A DNA stretch of 64,000 nucleotides from an uncultured Clostridia bacterium (GTDB taxonomy: Bacteria; Bacillota; Clostridia; TANB77; CAG-508), in NCBI GenBank assembly GCA_934101145.1, contig CAKOPZ010000002.1, positions 28,866 to 92,865 of the forward strand, written 5' to 3'. Shown piece after piece: positions 57,119 to 64,000 of the stretch. A model generated the notes under the pieces. That model did no database searches and had not been told where the DNA came from. It was given only the letters and a program-made list of their open reading frames with translations. Made by a program: the position numbers and the translations under genes. Each line of letters begins with the position of its first letter. Within the stretch, counting starts at the first letter, position 1.

Positions 57119-57274
57119 TTACTGTTTACCAGTGTTTTTCTTAATTTCATCTATTACTCTGTCTGCATCTTTAGAATTTAGTATTTTACTTACTTTGTTT
57201 AAGTTTTGTTCTAAATCTGCTTTATCCATTTTTGAAAGCATTTCCATCATTTTGGAAATATCCATATTATTCAC
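57119..57274 (-). CDS. Small hypothetical protein (~50 aa), first gene of a three-gene small-protein operon; not in ORF table
   Basis: Minus strand reads agaggtga-N6-GTG AAT AAT ATG GAT ATT..., giving MDISKMMEMLSKMDKADLEQNLNKVSKILNSKDADRVIDEIKKNTGKQ*. Confidence 0.35.
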   Translation of the reverse strand: MNNMDISKMMEMLSKMDKADLEQNLNKVSKILNSKDADRVIDEIKKNTGKQ

Positions 57275-57671
57275 AATAATCACCTCTGATATATTATATG
57301 ATTTATAATATGCAATTATTTGAAAAATGTTCTTAAAAGTGAGCTAAAAATTACGGATAAAAGGATATGAGTGGTTTAGACACGATATAATGAAAATTTT
57401 GTGTAACATTGTAACAAAAATGTAATATAAATTTAATATTTTGTTTGAAAATCAATTTCCGTAAATGAAAACAGAAAAATGAAATAATTACCAAGGCGTA
57501 TTTTGTTGAAAAAAGAGATAAAAGTGCTAAAATATATTATATATGTAATTATAATACAATAAAATAACATTATTATACATAAAAAGTTGTTAAAAATGCC
57601 TTAAAGCATTGAAAAACTAAAGGAAATGTCGTATAATATATGGTGAGATTATTATATTTTAGGAGGTTACT

Positions 57672-60600
57672 ATGAGCAGATTTTTGCAAAAACTAATAGC
57701 TATGATATTAGTTGTAACATTAGCAGGGGCCAATGTGTCAATTCTTGGTATGTATAGTATTTCATATGCGATTACAGACAAAGAGTTGTCAGGGCAAACA
57801 TCACAAACAGAAAATTCAAATGTTGAATTTAATTCTTATTTCGAAGGAGGTTCACACTTAAAAACAGAATCGATAGATTCAACCACTGCAAAACTTTACG
57901 TGAATGTTAAAGTGAAAAATGCAGGATATTTAAAAAATGGAACCATCGAATTTAAGGATGTTAACTTCAAAATTGGAGATGTGAAGAACGACAATGTTCA
58001 AAGCATTGATAAGGAAAATAACAAAATAGTTTTAAAACAATTAAATAATGGTTCAGATGTAACTTTAGAAATACCAATTTCATTCTTAAATAATGAAGAA
58101 GTTTCACTAGACTATTTTGCAAAAGAAACAAAAGCAAACTTTAGTGCAATATATGTAGATGGAAATGGAAAAGAAAAAAATATTTCAAAAGAGATTACAA
58201 ATAAGCTTTCTTGGAGTAGAGATGCGCAGGCAAATGTAAAGTCAGAAGTTACAAAATATATTCCATATGCAACAGGAAACAAATATGGTGTTATGGTACA
58301 AACAAAAATTAGCTCTAAGATAGCAGACAATAAATTACCAATTAAAACAACAGAAATAAACGTGGTAGTTCCTGAGATAAATGGAAATAAACCATCAAGT
58401 GTAAATGTAATTGCTACAGATATGAGTGCTACAAAAGGTGCTGATAATGGTCTTGAATTTACAAGTGAAAATTATACATATAATAAAGAGACAGGAATTG
58501 TAACAATTAAAACAGAAAATGCCTCTGATAAAGTTAGTTGGAAAAAAGATGCTCAAGATGAATATTTAGTAACATATATTTTTGATGGACAAGAAATATA
58601 TAATTATGCAAAAACAAATGGAGTAAATACATCAGTTTCTACAAGTGCAAAGTTTACTGTATATAATAATGAAGAAAAAAGTATAAATGTTGATAAAATT
58701 ACAACAGAAGTAAAGATGACAGATAGACTTGGAACAATAGCAGATTTTGATATATATTTAGCAAATCAAATAAGCAAAGGTCAAATTTATGCAAATTATG
58801 ATGTTTCTAAAAAGAAAGAAGTAGAATACAGTGAACAATATGTTTCTACAATTAATAGTGCAGACTTAACAGATACAATTAGATTTAATCAACAAATTGA
58901 TGCATTTATGACAAAAGACGACCAAAAAGCTCCAACATCTGTATCAGAAAATAACTATACATATAATAAATCAGTAAGTATAGATGTAAATGTATTTAAT
59001 AAAATTCTTGGAGAAGACGGAAGCATAGATGTATATAACACATCTGATACTAAACTTGGAACAATTAATAAATCAGTAGAAAATAAAGATGGAAAATATA
59101 CATTAGATATTAGTGATAAAAATACAAATCAAATTTATATTATTGCAAGTAAACCACAAACTGAAGGACAACTTGTTATTAATGTAAACAAAGCAATAAA
59201 AACAAGTATTGACTATAGTAAGTCTCAAATGCAAACATTTACAAAAATGCAAGCAGGACTTGAAGGAAAAGCAAGTACTTCTACAGTAAATGCAACAGAA
59301 CAATTATTACTAAAAGAAACACATTCAGTTGCAGATATTACAATTAGCAAAAAAGATTTAACAACAGTTGTAAAAAATGAAAATGTAGAGATAAGAGCTA
59401 CACTTAATACTGCAGATGTACATAATGCATTATTTAAAAATCCTACATTAAAAATCACACTTCCTTCTTATATAAGTAATGTAAATATTAAAAAGACAGA
59501 TATAGTAATGGCAAATGGCCTAAAAATAAAAGGCACACCATCAATTACAACAGAAAATGGCAAACAAGTAATTACAATTACACTTGAAGGAATGCAAGAT
59601 GAATATACAATAGGTGCAGAATATGAAGGTACAATAGTTATTCTTAATACAGATTTAACTGTAAAAACATTGACACCAAGTCATGCAGATAAAATTACAA
59701 TGAAATTTACAAATGCAAATGATACAGCATTAAATCAAGAAGGAACAGTTGATACAAATGTAAATTTTGTTGCGCCAACAGGTGTAGTTGCAGCAAATGG
59801 AATTTCAAATTATATTGATGATAAATCTGACATGATGTCAATTTCAGAAGAGGGTATTACAAAAACAATACCAGCATATGCAAGCAAAAAAACTGCAAAA
59901 GTTTATGGAAAAATAATAAACAATTATTCAAATAAAATATCAGATGTTGTTATTTTAGGAAGAATGCCTTCAAAAGATAACAAAAAAATTGATTCAACAG
60001 ATAGCTTAGGCTCAACATTTGATATGACATTGAAAACAGGACTTACTATTTCAGGAATAGACAGCTCAAAATATACTGTATATTATTCAGAAAATGCAAG
60101 TGCAAATAAAGACTTAAGTGATACAAATAATGGATGGTCTACATCAGGAACAGCAAATGCTAAATCATATATGATAGTTACAAAAAATTATGATATGGCT
60201 TCAGGAGATATGATTGAATTCTCATATGATGCAGAAGTACCAGAAAATTTAAAACATAATAACAGCGTTTCAGAAATGTACAAAGTTTATTACAACAATG
60301 TTTCTTCAATTGGAACAATGGCAGAAACAAAAGTATCATCTATCATGACACTTACAACAGGACAAGGAGCAGAAATTACAGCTGAATTAAAAGCTACAAC
60401 AGATGTTGTTCGTGAAGGACAAATCGTAAAGATGAATGTTGTAGTAAAAAATACAGGCTCAGTAACTGCAAAAAATGTAAAAGTAAATATTCCAAAACCT
60501 GATGAAGCAACATTTATGGAATATTCATCTGGAAATGGTTTCTTTGAAATGAAAAACACAAACTTAGTTTTAAATGCGGGAACAATAGAAGCTGGAAAAA

Positions 60601-62693
60601 CAAAAGAACTTTCATTTATTATTAAGGTAAAAGAAGATTTATCAGAGATTAATGGAAACGAAGTTGATGATGATGACCCTATAATAGATGGATCAGATGC
60701 AGGAGGAGACACATCAGAAGAAGTGTATCCAAAAGATATTTCTTTTAAACTAACAATTACAGCAGATGATACAGATGGCTCAATCCCTGCACAGGAGTAT
60801 AAACTAAGTGTACAAAAGGGACAAATTGCAATCAACATGTATACAAGGATAAGTGAGAACCAGGTATTAAATAATGGAGATGTAATAGATACAGTTATAA
60901 AGGTAAAAAACATTTCAAAAGGTGATAGTTTAGCTAATACAATTGTTACAATTCCATTACCACAGGGATTAAAATATAAAGATGCTGTGATAAAGGAAAG
61001 TCTAGCAGATGAAAGTGGAAAATCAGATGGAATAAGCTATGATGAGAAAACTAATGTTGTAACAATTAATATTGGAACACTTGATATACAAAAATATATT
61101 GATATAAATTTACAAGTTGAAAATTATAGTGGAGATTTAACATTATATTCAACAGCAAAAGCTGATGGAACAGAAGAACATTATTCAAATAAAATGCAAT
61201 ATAAATCTGAAATAATTGATATGGAGGTGTCAGAACTTACATCAACACCTAAATATGTAAAAGAAGGTAGTCAAGTTACATATACATTAAAAGTAAGCAA
61301 TAAAGGTGATTCAGTAATTACAGGATTAAAAGTAACAGATACTTTACCAGATGGACTTACATTTGTAAATGCAACTTATAACTATAATGGAACAGAACAT
61401 AAAATAACAAATCTTGTAAATGGACAAGTTGAAATATTTATAAATCAATTAAATGCAAAAGAAACAATTACAATAAATGTAACAGCAAAAGCTGGAGTAC
61501 TTCCAGATACAAATGATAAAACAGTAGAAAATAAAATGTCAGTTGTAGCAAATCATGTAAATGAAATTACTACAAATACAGTAACAAATATTATTGAGTA
61601 TTATAAACCAATACATGATAAATCAAACAATGATAATCCAAATCCAGGACCATCAGAAAACCGTTTTAAAATAACAGGTACAGCATGGCTTGATAGTAAT
61701 AAAAATGGAAAACGTGATTCAGATGAACAATTACTTTCAAACATTAAAGTAATGTTATTAAGCAAAGAAGACAATAAAATTGTTAAAGATGTGGATACAA
61801 ATGAGCAAAAAATAACAACAACTGCAGATAATGGCACATATGAATTTTCTAACTTGAAATCTGGAGAATATTTTGTGATATTTGTATATGATGCATCAAG
61901 ATATAGTTTAACAACATATAGACAAAAAGATGTAGATAGTAGTTTGAATTCAGATGTTGTGGATATAAATATTACGCTTGACGGAAAGAGAACTATTGCA
62001 GGAACAACAGATGTAATAAAAATTACTGATGATAATGCAAGAGATATAGATATTGGATTATACTCAGCAGAAAAATTTGATTTGAAACTTGATAAATATA
62101 TAAGTAAAATTACACGTACTACACCATCAAGTGGAACTAAAACATATGAATATAATAATTCTAAAGCAGCTAAAATTGAGGTTTTAGGTTCAAACCTTGG
62201 AAAGAGTAGTGCAATAATAGAATATAAAATAGTTGTAACAAATGAGGGAGCAGTTGCAGGATATGCTAAGAAAATAGTAGATTATTTACCAAAAGGTGTA
62301 AGCTTTAGTACAGAGCTTAATAAGGATTGGTATTTATCTGATAATGGAAATGTGTATAATGCAAGTCTTGCAAATGAAATAATAAAACCAGGAGAATCAA
62401 AAGAACTTACACTTGTTGTAACAAAGAAAATTACAGAAGATAGCTTAGGAGACCCAATTAATAATAATGCAGAAATTTATGAAAGCTATAATGAACAAGG
62501 ACTAAAAGATATTGATTCAACTCCAGGAAATAAAGCACAAAATGAAGATGACATGTCAATGGCAGATGTAATCTTCTCAATTGTAACTGGTAAAATTATA
62601 ATGTATACAACAATTACACTTGGAGTAATTGCAATACTAGGATTCGGAGTATTTGAAATCAAAAAAAGAGTTCTAAAAAAGAGAAAAAATTAA
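57672..62693 (+). CDS. Giant cell-surface protein: signal peptide, DUF11/CARDB-like repeat domains, SdrD/Cna B-type domain, C-terminal TM anchor
   Basis: 1673 aa. Signal peptide MSRFLQKLIAMILVVTLAGANVSI. Repeated domains of the ...VTYTLKVSNKGDSVITGLKVTDTLPDGLTFV... type. Cna-B-like GTAWLDSNKNGKRDSDEQLLSNIKVML...DNGTYEFSNLKSGEY. The C-terminus is hydrophobic (IMYTTITLGVIAILGFGVF) followed by KKRVLKKRKN, with no LPXTG. Confidence 0.8.
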   Translation: MSRFLQKLIAMILVVTLAGANVSILGMYSISYAITDKELSGQTSQTENSNVEFNSYFEGGSHLKTESIDSTTAKLYVNVKVKNAGYLKNGTIEFKDVNFKIGDVKNDNVQSIDKENNKIVLKQLNNGSDVTLEIPISFLNNEEVSLDYFAKETKANFSAIYVDGNGKEKNISKEITNKLSWSRDAQANVKSEVTKYIPYATGNKYGVMVQTKISSKIADNKLPIKTTEINVVVPEINGNKPSSVNVIATDMSATKGADNGLEFTSENYTYNKETGIVTIKTENASDKVSWKKDAQDEYLVTYIFDGQEIYNYAKTNGVNTSVSTSAKFTVYNNEEKSINVDKITTEVKMTDRLGTIADFDIYLANQISKGQIYANYDVSKKKEVEYSEQYVSTINSADLTDTIRFNQQIDAFMTKDDQKAPTSVSENNYTYNKSVSIDVNVFNKILGEDGSIDVYNTSDTKLGTINKSVENKDGKYTLDISDKNTNQIYIIASKPQTEGQLVINVNKAIKTSIDYSKSQMQTFTKMQAGLEGKASTSTVNATEQLLLKETHSVADITISKKDLTTVVKNENVEIRATLNTADVHNALFKNPTLKITLPSYISNVNIKKTDIVMANGLKIKGTPSITTENGKQVITITLEGMQDEYTIGAEYEGTIVILNTDLTVKTLTPSHADKITMKFTNANDTALNQEGTVDTNVNFVAPTGVVAANGISNYIDDKSDMMSISEEGITKTIPAYASKKTAKVYGKIINNYSNKISDVVILGRMPSKDNKKIDSTDSLGSTFDMTLKTGLTISGIDSSKYTVYYSENASANKDLSDTNNGWSTSGTANAKSYMIVTKNYDMASGDMIEFSYDAEVPENLKHNNSVSEMYKVYYNNVSSIGTMAETKVSSIMTLTTGQGAEITAELKATTDVVREGQIVKMNVVVKNTGSVTAKNVKVNIPKPDEATFMEYSSGNGFFEMKNTNLVLNAGTIEAGKTKELSFIIKVKEDLSEINGNEVDDDDPIIDGSDAGGDTSEEVYPKDISFKLTITADDTDGSIPAQEYKLSVQKGQIAINMYTRISENQVLNNGDVIDTVIKVKNISKGDSLANTIVTIPLPQGLKYKDAVIKESLADESGKSDGISYDEKTNVVTINIGTLDIQKYIDINLQVENYSGDLTLYSTAKADGTEEHYSNKMQYKSEIIDMEVSELTSTPKYVKEGSQVTYTLKVSNKGDSVITGLKVTDTLPDGLTFVNATYNYNGTEHKITNLVNGQVEIFINQLNAKETITINVTAKAGVLPDTNDKTVENKMSVVANHVNEITTNTVTNIIEYYKPIHDKSNNDNPNPGPSENRFKITGTAWLDSNKNGKRDSDEQLLSNIKVMLLSKEDNKIVKDVDTNEQKITTTADNGTYEFSNLKSGEYFVIFVYDASRYSLTTYRQKDVDSSLNSDVVDINITLDGKRTIAGTTDVIKITDDNARDIDIGLYSAEKFDLKLDKYISKITRTTPSSGTKTYEYNNSKAAKIEVLGSNLGKSSAIIEYKIVVTNEGAVAGYAKKIVDYLPKGVSFSTELNKDWYLSDNGNVYNASLANEIIKPGESKELTLVVTKKITEDSLGDPINNNAEIYESYNEQGLKDIDSTPGNKAQNEDDMSMADVIFSIVTGKIIMYTTITLGVIAILGFGVFEIKKRVLKKRKN

Positions 62694-62711
62694 TGAAAGG
62701 AGGATAAAAGG

Positions 62712-64000
62712 GTGAGTAAAAAGTTATTAAAAATTAGTGGCTTTATAGCTTTTATACTTGTAGTAATTTCAGGAATATACTTTATTTCAAGTTATGCAAT
62801 TGATACACAAGTAACCAAAACATCTGCTATACAGGCTCAAACAAATGCGAACACAGGAAGTGCTGGAACACTTGCAAGTGGAGAAAAAGATCCAGGTAAA
62901 TACTCATATAAAACACGAACAGGTCAATTTGAGGCAATATATGGAATGTCAGAGTATGCTGATCCATTGTATCCTGGATATCAAATATTTTGTATTCAAC
63001 CAGGAGCTTCACTTCAATTTGATTATGACATAAGATATGCACAGGCATTAAGTTTAAACGGAAAAACATATTCTGCAGGATGTGGTTGTGCTAGTACACC
63101 TTATGAGGGTGCAACAACACCACCTGTTTATAGAGAAATTGGAACATACCCATTACCAATAGCCGCAGCATATATTGTATCAGAAACACCAATTGGTCAG
63201 TGGAGCAAAGACAAGCAAAAAGCAATTTGGAATTTAAGAAACTCAGGTTTAGATGAAGGACTTGTAATAGGTGATGGAATATCAGATCAACCAGATAGAC
63301 ATGGAGATTCACACACTTCTATATATGATCAAGAAGCCATTGATTATGCAAATTATGATAAAACTGTAAGAAATACAGGTTTAAATCCAGCTGATAAAAC
63401 AAATTTAAATGATGTATATACTAAAGTAAATCAAACAAAGAAAGAATATACAGTAGGACCATTTAATATAACATATACAAATGGAGCATATGGAAACCTT
63501 GCTTTTTCTGGTATTTCTGATATGACAGTTATCGGATATAACAGCAAAAAAGAAGTTGTAAAGAGTGATATAAAAGTTAAAAAGTTTATATTAAAAGATA
63601 CAGCAACAGGAATTTATGGAAATGGTGTTACACCAGAATTCTTTACACCAAGTTCTGATTTAAAAGTTGATGAAACAAAACAAGTTTATCCAGTATCTGG
63701 ACAAGATTTTCAAATTGTATTTGATGATCCAAATGCAGGAGTAGCAGAAGATAGTGAGAATAGAGTAACATATATTTCAATAAAAGTTAAATTTAAATAT
63801 ATGCTTGCAAATGGACAATATACAAAATTGGAAGGTACAAAATATACAGTAAGTTATAGTCATAGCCATAGGAGTCACAGACATAGAAAGAGAAGATGTT
63901 ATAGTTGTACAACAAGATGCTACTTAGATGAAGCAGAGCAACAAACTATTGCAGTAATGGACGCAATAAGAAGTATTTATGAGCAAGAGCTTGAGATTAG
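62712..64000 (+). CDS. Surface protein with thioester-domain-like (TQxA-type) signature, partial (runs off window end)
   Basis: GTG start after aggagg RBS. N-terminal signal anchor. Cys in YQIFCIQPG sits about 94 aa upstream of KDKQKAIWNL, which resembles the TQxA(I/V)W Gln motif. Frame is open to 64000. Confidence 0.6.
   Translation, partial: MSKKLLKISGFIAFILVVISGIYFISSYAIDTQVTKTSAIQAQTNANTGSAGTLASGEKDPGKYSYKTRTGQFEAIYGMSEYADPLYPGYQIFCIQPGASLQFDYDIRYAQALSLNGKTYSAGCGCASTPYEGATTPPVYREIGTYPLPIAAAYIVSETPIGQWSKDKQKAIWNLRNSGLDEGLVIGDGISDQPDRHGDSHTSIYDQEAIDYANYDKTVRNTGLNPADKTNLNDVYTKVNQTKKEYTVGPFNITYTNGAYGNLAFSGISDMTVIGYNSKKEVVKSDIKVKKFILKDTATGIYGNGVTPEFFTPSSDLKVDETKQVYPVSGQDFQIVFDDPNAGVAEDSENRVTYISIKVKFKYMLANGQYTKLEGTKYTVSYSHSHRSHRHRKRRCYSCTTRCYLDEAEQQTIAVMDAIRSIYEQELEI

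Noticed and set aside
63853-63925. Alternative +1 frame (VIVIAIGVTDIEREDVIVVQQDAT) looked more protein-like than the His/Arg-rich main-frame translation
   Set aside because: The +1 frame is bounded by TAA (63850) and TAG (63925) after only 24 codons. Two compensating frameshifts would be needed. The main frame stays open to the window end.

Overview
This 64-kb window is a very AT-rich chromosomal segment, about 25-30% GC by eye, from a low-GC endospore-forming Firmicute of the Clostridia type. Intergenic regions carry AAATAAAT-type low-complexity runs. Gene order follows the Bacillus subtilis origin-proximal region. The left end carries soj(parA), spo0J(parB) and a DUF4446 gene, then a 1.75-kb non-coding AT tract, a tRNA-Ser pair and a small accessory block. 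After that come a 1444-aa fused CoA-substrate enzyme-activase/dehydratase-like gene, gerM, a yabB-like methyltransferase, rsmI, abrB, spmAB, rlmH, a yycJ-like MBL hydrolase, murA and spoIIR. The middle holds galU, phosphoglucomutase, tRNA-Arg, tadA, tRNA-Ser, the SRP RNA, dnaX, ybaB and recR. It continues with ypeB, murF, ddl, yqeK, a cbpA-like J-protein, a three-gene module built around an orphan VirD4/TraG-type coupling protein, SbcD/SbcC-like nuclease genes, prfA, a ZIP transporter, a class I aldolase and pcrA. The right end carries CotF-like spore coat genes, an M23 peptidase, mecA, DUF4321-radC-mreBCD-pbp2-minC, a small-protein operon, and a 1673-aa DUF11/Cna-B surface protein followed by a partial thioester-domain-like gene. 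Most of the window is core housekeeping and sporulation. The items worth a second look are listed here. (1) A ~130-nt three-hairpin element is present twice in opposite orientations, at 16301-16431 and 49063-49190. (2) A GC-rich (~55%) element of ~220 nt flanked by inverted repeats lies upstream of the J-protein gene and is a candidate ncRNA, possibly 6S-like. (3) A single high-GC gene sits directly 3' of tRNA-Arg and looks horizontally acquired. (4) The coupling-protein module has its own promoter and terminator but no relaxase or T4SS channel genes. (5) The giant adhesin is followed by a gene with a thioester-domain-like Cys/Gln signature. (6) Three genes carry coding anomalies: sbcC has a frameshift in a T4 run, zupT has a C-terminal frameshift, and pbp2 lacks a canonical start. 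These suggest either genome decay or sequencing errors. (7) The 1.75-kb AT-only tract holds a diverged duplication with conserved sequence blocks. (8) minC lacks adjacent minDE.
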